Numbered from the stretch's first letter, positions 8,559-18,280 are shown. The stretch: DNA of 64,000 bases from Ilumatobacteraceae bacterium (GCA_040006755.1 JBDTWJ010000001.1:1041-65040); one strand, 5' to 3'. A program made the numbers and translations. Notes: a model not told the origin generated them from the letters alone.

Positions 8559-9105
8559 GGTCGTTGCACTCGGCGCACACATCCGCGGGAATGAGTCCCG
8601 AGCGCATCAAGCCGTTGAACGCCAGGCAGCCGAGGCACATGGCGAACACGGATTCCAACGTTGCCGCGACGACGAGGCCGCCGATCAGCACGTACGAAAC
8701 TGGATGTGCCCCCAGGCTCCACGCGAGCAGTGCGCCGCCACTGAACCCGAGGCCGATGGCCTGAGCGAACCGTTTCGGTGGGCCGGGAACGAAGCGATGC
8801 TCCATGTCGAGTCGCGGTGTCACGAATCGGGTGACCAACTGGCCCAACGGGCTGAACCTCGGGCCCGACAGAACCCGCGCGAGGAATCCATACGCCAGCG
8901 GAACGAGCACCCACCACTGCCGGATGGCGAGGAACGCAACGCCTTGCGCGCACACCCCGCCGGCTACCAATCTCGCCGACGTCTCGTTGACCGGATTCGG
9001 AAAGCTCAGCAGCTTGCGCAAGACAAAGAGGTTAGTCCGATAAATCCGATCGGACAACTCAGGATTCGCGATCGAGCGGGCTCGGTGCAGCACGTACAGC
9101 AGCAC
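8527..9105 (-). CDS. DUF4395 domain membrane protein
   Basis: FVPGPPKRFAQAIG motif, three or four hydrophobic helices and a C-terminal CLGC...CAEC. The start is uncertain (possibly internal). The 3' end overlaps mftF by 32 nt, convergently. Confidence 0.7.
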   Translation of the reverse strand: MLLYVLHRARSIANPELSDRIYRTNLFVLRKLLSFPNPVNETSARLVAGGVCAQGVAFLAIRQWWVLVPLAYGFLARVLSGPRFSPLGQLVTRFVTPRLDMEHRFVPGPPKRFAQAIGLGFSGGALLAWSLGAHPVSYVLIGGLVVAATLESVFAMCLGCLAFNGLMRSGLIPADVCAECNDLNRALVQANS

Positions 9106-9128
9106 CGAGCAGTACGGTTTGTGGCGTC

Positions 9129-10073
9129 ATGGCTCTGCGTCTCACCGTTCAGCGCGCCGCATGGCATGCCCACATCGACTCCATCGCCGGCATGGTTGAC
9201 GGGCTGGTGCCAGTGGTGAAGGGCAACGGCTACGGATTCGGACGCGCAACGCTGCATCCCCTGGTCAAGAGCCTGTCCGACTACGTCTGCGTCGGCACCG
9301 TCTACGAGCTCGACAGCGTGGGCGAGCGGGTCACTCCCGTCGTGCTGACTCCCTCGCCCGCACCGCCACCGTCCATCGCCGCAACCCCAATCCTGACCGT
9401 CGGGTCGCTGCGCAACGTCGAAGCCTTGGCCGGTTGGCGCGGCCGTGTCATCGTCAAGTTGCAATCATCGATGCGCCGCTATGGCGCAACGCCCGACGAG
9501 ATGCCCGATCTCGTGTCGGCGGCGGTCGCGGCCGACCTGGATGTTGTCGGGTACTCCTTGCACCTGCCGTTAGCCGGCAGCGACGCCGATCGGGTGCTCG
9601 AAATCGAAGCGTGGCTGGAGCTGATCGACGACCAGCAGCCACTGTGGCTCAGCCACCTGCAACCGCAGTCGTACGCCGATCTTCGTGTGCGACGTCCCGA
9701 GCGGCAGTTCCGGCTGCGGCTGGGCACCTCTCTGTGGCACGGCGACAAGTCGTTCCTGCACCTCCACACCGACGTTGCTGCCGTGCAATCGGTTCGGGCG
9801 GGTGAGCATGCCGGCTATCGCCAGGTCGAGGTGACCGACGACGGGCACCTTGTGCTGGTCGGAGCAGGATCCGCGCACGGTGTGGCCGCATTGCCCGATG
9901 GCGCCAGCCCGTTCCACTTCGAGCGCACTCGCATGGCGCTGCTCGAGCCGCCGCACATGCACACGTCGATGCTGGTAGCCCCCGACGACCGCCCGTGTCC
10001 CGCCGTGGGTGATCGGGTTGATGTTCAACGACCCCTCATCTCGGCGCTGATCGACGAGATCGAGTGGGTGTGA
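9129..10073 (+). CDS. alanine racemase-family PLP-dependent enzyme (short form)
   Basis: PVVKGNGYGFG resembles the PLP-lysine motif (KANAYGHG) of alanine racemases. A C-terminal beta-domain-like region is present. The specific function is not assignable. Confidence 0.6.
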   Translation: MALRLTVQRAAWHAHIDSIAGMVDGLVPVVKGNGYGFGRATLHPLVKSLSDYVCVGTVYELDSVGERVTPVVLTPSPAPPPSIAATPILTVGSLRNVEALAGWRGRVIVKLQSSMRRYGATPDEMPDLVSAAVAADLDVVGYSLHLPLAGSDADRVLEIEAWLELIDDQQPLWLSHLQPQSYADLRVRRPERQFRLRLGTSLWHGDKSFLHLHTDVAAVQSVRAGEHAGYRQVEVTDDGHLVLVGAGSAHGVAALPDGASPFHFERTRMALLEPPHMHTSMLVAPDDRPCPAVGDRVDVQRPLISALIDEIEWV

Positions 10074-11194
10074 CCACGACTTCGACCGACCGGGTCATCG
10101 ATCTCGACGTCACCAGAGCGATCGCCCTCATAGGCGTCGCCGTCATGAACTATCACGGATACCTGATACTTCTCGGTGGCCCTGTCGGCACGTCGGCGAT
10201 CAACCACTTCTTCGATCCGTGGATGGGCCCGCTGTCGACACGGTTCGCGGCAACGTTCGTGGTGATCGCCGGGATGGGCATCAGCCTGATGACCAACCGG
10301 GGGCGGCTCACCGGCGACCGCCTCCGACGAAGCGCCGATCGGTGGACGCTGTTACGCCGCGGGTTCCTGCTCTACTGCTTCGGGTTCTTTCTCGAATGGA
10401 TCTGGAATGGAACGATCCTGTTCTTCTACGGCGCGTACTTCATCGTCGGTGCGCTGCTGTTCCTGTTGCGCACGCGGTGGCTCGTCCTGATCGGCTTCGT
10501 CGCGGCTGTCGCTGCAGCGGCGATCCAGTGGTGGGCGCTCGAAGCCGCCCACGACACGAGTTGGCTGTTGGAGGGTTGGTACACCCAGAGGCCATACCGA
10601 TCGCCGCAACGTCTGTTGTTCGACACGTTCGTCAATGGCACACACCCTCTGCTGCCGTGGCTGGCGTTCGTCTGCGCCGGCATGGTGATCGGTCGGTACC
10701 TACCCCTGCGACCGTCGATGCGTCGAGCGCTCGCCTTCCTCGGAGTGATGATGGTCGCAGGAACGTACCTGGCCAAGTCAATCTTCGCGGACACACCCCT
10801 GCGCGAGCGGATGTTGGCAACCGATCCATTCAGCCGCAGTCTCAACTACACGGTGTGCGCCCTGGGATCGGCGCTCACCGCCTTCTGCGTCATCGGCTGG
10901 ATCGCCAGCGCCACGAGTACCAACGTGGTCACGCGCTCGCTCGCGTCGGCCGGCCGCACAACGCTGACGATCTACGTGGCGCATGTGCTCGTGTTCAACG
11001 CGCTCGTCACTCGATGGCATCTGATCAAGCCCGCCGGTCTCGACGTGGCCCTCGTGTTCTCGGGAGTGTTCTGGCTCGTGGCGGTCACAGCCGCGGCATG
11101 GTGGCAACGCCGCTTCCGGATCGGTCCCGCGGAGTGGTTCTACCGCAGGTTTGGCGGCGGCATCATGCCCGCGGAACCTACAGCACCTCGCTGA
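10064..11194 (+). CDS. DUF418/YeiB-like polytopic membrane protein
   Basis: About 10 hydrophobic segments. N-terminal DLDVTRAIALIGV and C-terminal GPAEWFYRRF are typical of the DUF418 family. Confidence 0.75.
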   Translation: MGVTTTSTDRVIDLDVTRAIALIGVAVMNYHGYLILLGGPVGTSAINHFFDPWMGPLSTRFAATFVVIAGMGISLMTNRGRLTGDRLRRSADRWTLLRRGFLLYCFGFFLEWIWNGTILFFYGAYFIVGALLFLLRTRWLVLIGFVAAVAAAAIQWWALEAAHDTSWLLEGWYTQRPYRSPQRLLFDTFVNGTHPLLPWLAFVCAGMVIGRYLPLRPSMRRALAFLGVMMVAGTYLAKSIFADTPLRERMLATDPFSRSLNYTVCALGSALTAFCVIGWIASATSTNVVTRSLASAGRTTLTIYVAHVLVFNALVTRWHLIKPAGLDVALVFSGVFWLVAVTAAAWWQRRFRIGPAEWFYRRFGGGIMPAEPTAPR

Positions 11195-12050
11195 AGGTGT
11201 CGCACTGGCTCGCGTCGCCGGAGTTGAAGCCGCGCGTGAACCATGCCTGCCGCTGCTCGGCGGAGCCGTGTGTCCAAGCTTCTTCGTTGACGCGGCCCTG
11301 CGTCTTCTGCTGAATGCGATCGTCACCGACCGCGGCGGCAGCGTCGAGCGCCTCTTTGATCTCGGCAGCGCTGTCGAGTTGGCCACGCGCTGCGACGTCG
11401 CCCACCCAAATCCCTGCAAAGCAGTCGGCCTGCAGCTCCATCGCGATCGAATACTGATTGGCGCGACCAGGGTCGTTCTGCTGCGCTTGCTGGACCTGGT
11501 CGTTGATGCCGACCAGGTTCTGCACGTGGTGCCCGTATTCGTGAGCAACGATGTACTGCTCGGCGAGGTCGGCGGTCGTACCCACCAACTGCTGCTCGAG
11601 TTGTTGCATGAAGCCGAGATCGAGATAGACGAAGTGATCTACGGGGCAGTAGAACGGCCCGACCTGCGATGTCGCCTGCCCGCAAGCCGTATCGACCGCA
11701 TCGGTGAAGAACACCGTCTTGGTCACCTCGTAGGTGGTGTTGAAGAACCGTGGAAGGTTCGCTTGCCAGTACGTCTGCACATCCTCGGTCGCGCCACAGA
11801 TGACCTGTTCGAGCGCGTCGTCACACGTGCCGGCGACAGCGCCGGACTTGTCCTGTGGCTGGGGCACGCTCGTCGCGTTGTTGCTTCCGCTGAGCAGCTT
11901 CGGCAAGAAGATCGAGGCAAGCAGCACGATGAGCCCGAGCACACCGCCACCGGCCTTGATGGGGATGCCCAATCCGCCGCCGCCAAGGGCACCGCCACTT
12001 CCACGACGATCGTCGATCATCGACGAGTTGCCGCTGCGAATCTTCGTCAT
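11178..12050 (-). CDS. neutral zinc metallopeptidase (YpfJ-like)
   Basis: N-terminal Gly-rich region plus a TM segment. Contains the HEYGHHVQ zinc motif. Confidence 0.85.
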   Translation of the reverse strand: MTKIRSGNSSMIDDRRGSGGALGGGGLGIPIKAGGGVLGLIVLLASIFLPKLLSGSNNATSVPQPQDKSGAVAGTCDDALEQVICGATEDVQTYWQANLPRFFNTTYEVTKTVFFTDAVDTACGQATSQVGPFYCPVDHFVYLDLGFMQQLEQQLVGTTADLAEQYIVAHEYGHHVQNLVGINDQVQQAQQNDPGRANQYSIAMELQADCFAGIWVGDVAARGQLDSAAEIKEALDAAAAVGDDRIQQKTQGRVNEEAWTHGSAEQRQAWFTRGFNSGDASQCDTFSEVL

Positions 12051-12110
12051 ACCGGTTCCTCCTGATTGCGAGACGCGGCAGCCGTTTGCCGCGACGATCT
12101 GATCGGTGAG

Positions 12111-13016
12111 TCATTCACGGGGCCGGCCTGCCCTGCGAAGCCCGCGGACGCCAACAGCACCGGCGCCGATCAGCGGGCCGCGCCCGCCGAGTCGGGCCGG
12201 GATGATCCTGGCGCTGCGGCTGAACGACAGCCGGGCGTGCTCGTCGAGCGTCTCCTGCGCCGAGTTGAAGAATGTGGCTCCGAATCCCAACGCGACAGAG
12301 CCACCGACAACGGTGAAGTCGAGATCGAGCAGGTTGCAAACGGATGCGACCGCCCGACCCACAAGACGACCTGTGCGTTGCATGATCTCGTACGTCGGCT
12401 CGCGGTGTGTCCTGCCGGTGATCGCTTCGATGGCCGGGCCCGAAGCTTCGGCATCGAGACAACCACGCGAACCGCATAAGCATCGACGACCGTTCGGTTC
12501 GACCACGGTATGACCGACATGGCCGGCGTTACCGGTGGCGCCGTCGAGCAGTTGGCCGTTCAACACGATGCCACCTTCCACCGTCGAGGCGACCACCATG
12601 GCCAAGAAGTTATCGTGGCCTTGCGCGGCTCCCATCCATCCTTCGGCAAGTGCGAGCGCCTTCGCCCCGAGATCCCCGTACACGTTGAGACCGGTTGCGG
12701 TGGCGAGCTTGGAGCGCAGAGGGAACGAACGCCACGCAGGGATGTGCGCCGGCGACACGGCAACGACCTCTGGACGCACCGGACCCGCACAGCCCACTCC
12801 GACCGCTACCGGTCGGGAACTGTGATGTGTGCGGGCGCGCTCAAGTTGTTCCTGGGCGATCGTGTTGAGCGAGGCGAACAGTGCTTCCGCGTTCAGCCCG
12901 AAGTCGATGTCGACGTCTTCACGATCGATGAGCTCGCCCTTCATCGTCATCAGGCCCGCCGCGAGTTTGACATCGCCGATGTCTATCGCCAGTACGACGT
13001 CGCGGGTTTCACTCAT
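12111..13016 (-). CDS. ROK family sugar kinase
   Basis: LAIDIGDVKLAAG ATP-binding start and the ROK Cys motif GHTVVEPNGRRCLCGSRGCLDAEASG. Confidence 0.85.
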   Translation of the reverse strand: MSETRDVVLAIDIGDVKLAAGLMTMKGELIDREDVDIDFGLNAEALFASLNTIAQEQLERARTHHSSRPVAVGVGCAGPVRPEVVAVSPAHIPAWRSFPLRSKLATATGLNVYGDLGAKALALAEGWMGAAQGHDNFLAMVVASTVEGGIVLNGQLLDGATGNAGHVGHTVVEPNGRRCLCGSRGCLDAEASGPAIEAITGRTHREPTYEIMQRTGRLVGRAVASVCNLLDLDFTVVGGSVALGFGATFFNSAQETLDEHARLSFSRSARIIPARLGGRGPLIGAGAVGVRGLRRAGRPRE

Positions 13017-13048
13017 CAGTGCCGCACGGTACCCGGGCCGCTGACGAA

Positions 13049-14017
13049 CTAACCGACTCTTCGAGCGGTCTCGATGAGGTTGATCTCATACAGCACCATG
13101 TCGAGTGCATCGGCACTGACCATGGCCGAGGTGCGCTGCGGATGATCAACGCTGATGCAACTGGCCAGTGGTGTCAGCAGGGTCCACGGTGTCGGGTGAC
13201 AGAACTGCACCACGCTGTAGCGATCGCCGGTGTAGCCGGTCGAGGCGACGACGCGATGAATTCCCGTGGGTATCACGCCGTTGGTCATCCGTTCGAGCAT
13301 CATGCCGGTGTTGATGATGACCTGACCCTCGGGTGCCACCGCGTCGACCCATTCGTCGCCGACCTTGACCTGCAATCCGGGAGCCGTTGAGCGCGGAAGG
13401 GCGGTGATGAGGTTGATGTCTCCGTGCTCGCCGGCCCACACGTGCGTGCCGCCAGGCGATTCGGTCATCGGTGGGTAGCGAATGGCCCGCGTCAGCGTCG
13501 CACCGTTGTGTGTCATCTCGTCGAAGAGTGATTCGTGACAGCCGATCGACTCGGCGATGACGCGAAGAAATCGGCGCTGGAGGTCCTCGATGCGATCGTG
13601 GAACAGCATCAGCAACTCCCCCGCGCCGGGAATCGCAGACTCGGGCAGCACCTGTTCTCCGTAGCGATGCGGATAACGCTGACGAAGTGGATGCCCGTCC
13701 GGTAGCTCTGCGCCCCAGTTGAGCATCTCCTTCCAATCGGGAACATCGCTCGACGCCGCGGTCTCGACCAGCAGGCCGGTGTACCCGGTCTGCCCGTGAC
13801 TCTCGGGGGCAACGAACTGCTGCTTGACCTCTTGGGGCAGCGAGAAGAACTTGGCAAGCAATGCGTAGGCGGTGTCGAGCAGATCCACCGACAGGTCGTG
13901 ACGGGTGTACACGAATCCAGTCGCGAGGCTTCGGCGGACACCATCGACGACCGCGGCTCGCTGTGCTGCGGTTCCCTGCTCGAACGCAAGCAGATCGACA
14001 TCCAGAATGTCATCCAT
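13049..14017 (-). CDS. 2-oxoglutarate/Fe(II)-dependent oxygenase (isopenicillin N synthase family)
   Basis: EHGDINLITAL ... TGIHRV facial-triad context, with an N-terminal non-haem dioxygenase domain. ATG 14017 is preferred. The ORF-track start is 14062. Confidence 0.8.
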   Translation of the reverse strand: MDDILDVDLLAFEQGTAAQRAAVVDGVRRSLATGFVYTRHDLSVDLLDTAYALLAKFFSLPQEVKQQFVAPESHGQTGYTGLLVETAASSDVPDWKEMLNWGAELPDGHPLRQRYPHRYGEQVLPESAIPGAGELLMLFHDRIEDLQRRFLRVIAESIGCHESLFDEMTHNGATLTRAIRYPPMTESPGGTHVWAGEHGDINLITALPRSTAPGLQVKVGDEWVDAVAPEGQVIINTGMMLERMTNGVIPTGIHRVVASTGYTGDRYSVVQFCHPTPWTLLTPLASCISVDHPQRTSAMVSADALDMVLYEINLIETARRVG

Positions 14018-14078
14018 CGCGCGATGGTAGTCCCCGCTCCATTCCCCCAGGTAGAGCCACAATTTCTTGGAGCTGATC

Positions 14079-14106
14079 CAAACCTCGGTAACACTAGCGG
14101 CGTGTC
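14079..14106 (+). promoter_or_regulatory. candidate ECF-type promoter (CAAAC-N17-CGTGTC)
   Basis: -35-like CAAAC (14079-14083), a 17-nt spacer and CGTGTC (14101-14106). The GTG of the sigma ORF starts 6 nt downstream. The same AAAC-N17-CGTGT motif occurs upstream of the second ECF sigma gene. Confidence 0.35.
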
Positions 14107-14112
14107 AACTTT

Positions 14113-14655
14113 GTGGCGTACACGATTTCCACGATGAGCGAGATGTCGGAGGCCAAGGTCGTCGCGACCATTGACTCTCTGTTTCGCGCTCATTACGGGC
14201 GTCTCGTACGTGCGCTGACGCTGGCTTGCGGCGATCGTGAAGTCGCAGCCGATGCCGTGCAAGAGGCCTTCGTGAAAGCCCATACGCACTGGCGTCGCAT
14301 ACAGCAATACGACGATCCTGTCGGTTGGATTCGGCGCGTCGCCATCAACCGACTGCACGACGATCATCGCCGGCAAACTCGCAAGAGCAAAGCAATGGTG
14401 CGCCTCGCGGGCGAGCCGCAGGTCGAGTCCGTCGAGCAGCACGGCTTCGACTCCGACCTGCCCGCCCTTCTCGCGCAACTACCGAAGCAGCAGCGCCTCG
14501 CCATGGCGTTGTTCTACGTTGACGAGTTGTCGATCGCAGAGGTTGCTGGCGCGTTGGACGTCAGTGAAGGTGCAGTCAAGTCATATCTACATCAGGGCCG
14601 CGCTCGCCTTCGCAGCGTGGTAGCAAGCGGGGAGGAGGTGCATTCGGATGAGTGA
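14113..14655 (+). CDS. ECF-family RNA polymerase sigma factor
   Basis: Region 2 (DAVQEAFVKAHTHWRR...WIRRVAINRLHDDHRR) and region 4 HTH (LPKQQRLAMALFYVDELSIAEVAGALDVSEGAVKSYLHQGRARL). An alternative ATG lies at 14134. Confidence 0.85.
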   Translation: MAYTISTMSEMSEAKVVATIDSLFRAHYGRLVRALTLACGDREVAADAVQEAFVKAHTHWRRIQQYDDPVGWIRRVAINRLHDDHRRQTRKSKAMVRLAGEPQVESVEQHGFDSDLPALLAQLPKQQRLAMALFYVDELSIAEVAGALDVSEGAVKSYLHQGRARLRSVVASGEEVHSDE

Positions 14656-15430
14656 GTTCCACGATCCCGATCTGCGCCAGGAGTTGGGCCGTCTCAGCGG
14701 TCCGTATCCAGATGACAACATTGCATTCGCGGCATGGCAGCGCCGCGTCGGTCAAGTCCGGCGACGCCGCATGGTCGCCTGGACGGCCACAGCGGCGCTC
14801 TCTCTCGTGGTCGGCACGGTCGCCTTTGCGGCCGTGCAGAGCCCAGGCCGGCGCAGCGTCGTTCCGGGCGAGTCGGCAGACAGCAGCGTCAGTGTCACAC
14901 TCAGAGTCGCCACCACCGAGGTGGAGGATCCGTCGACTGTTCCAGCGGCGACCGAGCCCGAGGCCAGCGAACCCACCACGTTGGCGGCCGAAACCGCGCC
15001 GCCCGTGGTCGACACGGCGGCACCCGAGACGGAGGCACCAGACGCAGCGGCTGCGCCGTCGAATGGCTCACCCCCGAAGAACAACAACGGCACACCCCCG
15101 ACCCCGGCGCCATCGCGTATGACGCAGACGTTCAGCTCCGTCGGCGGCACCATCACGGTGCGCCAAGATGGCGACACGCTGACCGTGATCGCCAAGTCTC
15201 CGGCGCCCGGCTTCAGGGCCACGGAGAGCGACGACCCGGGTGACGAGGTCGACGTGGTCTTCAAGTCCGACAAGCATGAGTCGAGGATCACCGTGAAGCT
15301 CTCACACGGCGTGATGAAGTCTGACACCAACGAGAGCGAACACGATCACGACAACGATCACCCGACCACCACCGACGGAGACAGCCACCATGGTGGCGGC
15401 GGTGACGGCAGCGGCAGCAACAAGGGCTGA
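14648..15430 (+). CDS. putative anti-sigma / membrane-anchored protein with His/Asp-rich tail
   Basis: Overlaps the sigma gene stop by 8 nt. Single TM segment (WTATAALSLVVGTVAFAAV), a Pro/Ala/Thr-rich linker and a C-terminal SEHDHDNDH...DSHHGGGGDG tail. No family recognised. Confidence 0.55.
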   Translation: MSEFHDPDLRQELGRLSGPYPDDNIAFAAWQRRVGQVRRRRMVAWTATAALSLVVGTVAFAAVQSPGRRSVVPGESADSSVSVTLRVATTEVEDPSTVPAATEPEASEPTTLAAETAPPVVDTAAPETEAPDAAAAPSNGSPPKNNNGTPPTPAPSRMTQTFSSVGGTITVRQDGDTLTVIAKSPAPGFRATESDDPGDEVDVVFKSDKHESRITVKLSHGVMKSDTNESEHDHDNDHPTTTDGDSHHGGGGDGSGSNKG

Positions 15431-15452
15431 CCCGATCTGCTGAAATGAGCGG

Positions 15453-16124
15453 TTGGTGAAGACCGACTGGAATCCGGTGCTTCGTGCGGAGTTCGACAAG
15501 CCGTACTGGAAGGAACTGCAACAGTTCGTTGCCGATGAACGCGCCCGCCACACCGTATTCCCCCCGTCGGATCAGGTCTTCGCCGCGCTGCACCTGACGC
15601 CGTACGAATCAACACGCGTCGTGATCCTCGGCCAGGACCCGTACCACGGTCCGCAACAGGCGCATGGTCTGTGCTTTTCGGTTCAGCGCGGTGTGCAGTT
15701 GCCGCCCTCGCTGGTCAACATCTACAAAGAACTGCGCGACGACCTCGGCATCGAGACACCGGACCACGGCAACCTCGCGTCCTGGGCTCGCCAGGGCGTG
15801 CTGATGCTCAACACCAGCCTCACCGTGCGCTCGGGTGTTGCTGCCTCGCACCAGGGCAAGGGTTGGGAGATCTTTACCGACGAAGTGCTGCGAACCGTCA
15901 ACAACAAGCCGGGCCGTGTCGTGTTCATCCTGTGGGGCGCGCACGCCCGCAAGAAGAAAGCGCTGATCGATCTCTCCCGGCACTCGGTGATCGAATCTGC
16001 GCATCCGTCACCACTCAGCGCCAACAACGGTTTCTTCGGTAGCAAGCCCTTCAGCCGCACCAACGCGGCCCTCGATGAGGCCGGCTTGCAAACGATCGAG
16101 TGGCGCCTCCCACCGAATCCATAG
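15453..16124 (+). CDS. ung: uracil-DNA glycosylase (family 1)
   Basis: GQDPYHGPQQAHGLCFSV and HPSPLSA motifs. Confidence 0.93.
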   Translation: MVKTDWNPVLRAEFDKPYWKELQQFVADERARHTVFPPSDQVFAALHLTPYESTRVVILGQDPYHGPQQAHGLCFSVQRGVQLPPSLVNIYKELRDDLGIETPDHGNLASWARQGVLMLNTSLTVRSGVAASHQGKGWEIFTDEVLRTVNNKPGRVVFILWGAHARKKKALIDLSRHSVIESAHPSPLSANNGFFGSKPFSRTNAALDEAGLQTIEWRLPPNP

Positions 16125-16291
16125 GGTTTGTGGAGGTCAGCCAGCTGAGCTCGGATAGTCGCCTGGTGCCTCACCGAGTGGTGAAGAGGTTGTAGGAGGT
16201 GTAGATGGACACGGCTCCAGTGACACCCGGGCGCCGCACGCCGCGACCGTAGCGGGATGCCTCGCACGACGGCGTCGCGTGCATTCAGCGT

Positions 16292-17194
16292 TTGGTGGAC
16301 TCGGCAGCCACGTACATTCACAGTGTGCGATGGACCGATTACCCAAGGGTTCGCGCCCTGCGCGCGAGATCGCGGAAGGCCGATCTGCTCGTTCGAACCG
16401 CCGAGGGGTTCCGCAAACACCGCAGCGGCCGCAACGCGGCGCTGATCTCGCACTTCGCCTTCTTGTCGGTGTTCCCTCTGCTCTTGGTGTTCACCACCGT
16501 GTTGGGCTTCGTGCTGCAGAGCCACCCGAAGCTACGTGCTGACATCATCGACTCGGCGTTGGAGCAACTGCCGTTCGTCGGCCAGCAGATCGCCGACGAC
16601 CCCTCCAAGCTCAACGGCCATGCGGTGGTGCTCGTCGTCGGCCTGATGGCTGCACTGTGGGGCGGGATGAAGGCATTCATCGCGGTGCACAATGCTCTCG
16701 ACGACATCGACGAGCGGCCCCTCGACCATCGCTCCAACCTGGTGATCACCCGTTTGCGTGCGCTCCTCGGCATGGCCTACATCGGTGGCGCACAAGTTGC
16801 AACCGCGATTCTCGCCAGCCTGGCAGGCGTCACCCGCGTGGGGATCATCAGCAGGATCCTGCTGCTGATCTTCACGGCGGCGATCAACATAGGGGTGCTG
16901 ACGTTGAGCTATCGGTGGCTTCGCTCGGCGTGGCCATCGTGGCGCAGGGTGTTCCCCGGCGCGATCGTCGCCGGCGTGTTGTTCGCGATTTTGCAGTTGG
17001 TCGGTGTGGCGATCGTGGGTCGGGCGATCGCCAACGCCTCACCCGTCTACGGTACGTTCGCATCCGTGATCGGATTGCTGTCTTGGCTGAGCCTGCATTC
17101 GATCATCGCCCTGGCGGGGGCCGAGCTGAACAGGGCCCTCGTGACCGAGGAGCCGCCACAGCCGCCCGATTGCGATCAGGCAGACAGCGAGTAG
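16292..17194 (+). CDS. YihY/BrkB family membrane protein
   Basis: ISHFAFLSVFPLLLVFTTVLGF and six hydrophobic segments typical of YihY. Confidence 0.8.
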   Translation: MVDSAATYIHSVRWTDYPRVRALRARSRKADLLVRTAEGFRKHRSGRNAALISHFAFLSVFPLLLVFTTVLGFVLQSHPKLRADIIDSALEQLPFVGQQIADDPSKLNGHAVVLVVGLMAALWGGMKAFIAVHNALDDIDERPLDHRSNLVITRLRALLGMAYIGGAQVATAILASLAGVTRVGIISRILLLIFTAAINIGVLTLSYRWLRSAWPSWRRVFPGAIVAGVLFAILQLVGVAIVGRAIANASPVYGTFASVIGLLSWLSLHSIIALAGAELNRALVTEEPPQPPDCDQADSE

Positions 17195-17200
17195 GCCTCG

Positions 17201-18259
17201 TCAGACGGGGCCGGGCCCAGGAATCTCACCGGAGCCGCGTTCGATCAACGCCACAGGGATCACGTGGGTTCGAGTTGGCGCATTCGAGCCGTCGAGGCGG
17301 GCGAACAATGTCGTGGCTGCCTGCCTGCCGATCGCCCAGGGATCTTGCGCAAGCACCGTGATGGCCGGTTCCAGCAGGTCGAACAGGGGAACATCGTCGA
17401 AGCCGACGACGGCGATGCTTCGATGGAGTTCGAGCTCGCGTAATGCGCGCACGACACCAACCGTGATCATGTTCTGTGCCGCGAAGAAGGCCGTCGGGGG
17501 GTTGTCGGCGTGCATCAGGCGCAACGTGACCGCATGCGCGTGCTCGCTACTCTCCAGGTCAAGTTGGACCAATGAATCGTCTCGTGCCACATGAGCCGCG
17601 GCGACAGCTGTGCGATACCCCGCGAGCCGCTGTTCTGCAGTGACGATGGTGTGGAGCGCACCCAGATACCCGATGCGGCGATGCCCATGAGCAATCAAGT
17701 GGGCCACGCCGCGCGCTGTTCCTTGCTCGTTGTCGACCACGACTGCGTCCGCGTCGAGAAACGCGGGAGGGCGATCGACGAAGACCATCGACATGCTCAT
17801 TCGCCGCTGATCGGAAAGATAGCTCTGGTCGTGCCCCGCAGCCTTGATGATGAGACCGTCGACCCGACGCGTGGTGAAGACACTGACCATTTCGCGTTCA
17901 CGGAGCGCGTCTTCGTCGATGCTCGAGGCAATCACCACAACATCGCGTTCGAGCGCGGCCTCTTCGATTGCTCGTTGGATGGCACCATCGAGCGGATTGA
18001 TGACGTTCGACAGCAGCAACCCGATGGAGCGAGTTCGCCCACCGGAGCGCCGCAGATTGCTTGCTGCCATGTTGCGGCGATAGTCGAGCCGTTCGATGGC
18101 ATGGCGAACACGTTCCCCCAGTTCGGGCGACACGCCGGGCTCGCCGTTGACCACCCGCGACACCGTTTTCAGGCTGGTTCCGGCGAGAGCGGCGACGTCA
18201 CGGATGGTCGGATGAGGCAGGCGTGGGTTGCTCGAGGTGCGCTCGGACATGAATGACAA
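17201..18259 (-). CDS. LacI family transcriptional regulator
   Basis: N-terminal HTH (TIRDVAALAGTSLKTVSRVVNG) followed by a periplasmic-binding-protein-like sugar-sensing domain. Divergent from the sugar ABC operon. Confidence 0.9.
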   Translation of the reverse strand: MSFMSERTSSNPRLPHPTIRDVAALAGTSLKTVSRVVNGEPGVSPELGERVRHAIERLDYRRNMAASNLRRSGGRTRSIGLLLSNVINPLDGAIQRAIEEAALERDVVVIASSIDEDALREREMVSVFTTRRVDGLIIKAAGHDQSYLSDQRRMSMSMVFVDRPPAFLDADAVVVDNEQGTARGVAHLIAHGHRRIGYLGALHTIVTAEQRLAGYRTAVAAAHVARDDSLVQLDLESSEHAHAVTLRLMHADNPPTAFFAAQNMITVGVVRALRELELHRSIAVVGFDDVPLFDLLEPAITVLAQDPWAIGRQAATTLFARLDGSNAPTRTHVIPVALIERGSGEIPGPGPV

Positions 18260-18271
18260 CGTTTGCTGTCA
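18254..18271. promoter_or_regulatory. LacI-type operator-like site A (TGACAACGTTTGCTGTCA)
   Basis: TGACA...TGTCA half-sites with a central CG. Overlaps the first codons of lacI, in the divergent intergenic region. Confidence 0.4.
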
Positions 18272-18280
18272 AAACCCGAC

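Noticed and set aside
16125-16291. Looked for tRNA, small RNA or riboswitch structure in the larger intergenic gaps (16125-16291, 32257-32468, 39629-39764, 42149-42276, 57094-57646, 62811-62952).
   Set aside because: I could fold no cloverleaf or recognisable riboswitch core by eye. 42178-42206 has a 9-nt direct repeat (ACCCAACAC x2, 20-nt period) that may be a regulator site, but the support is too weak to list as a feature. An Rfam/tRNAscan run would settle this.
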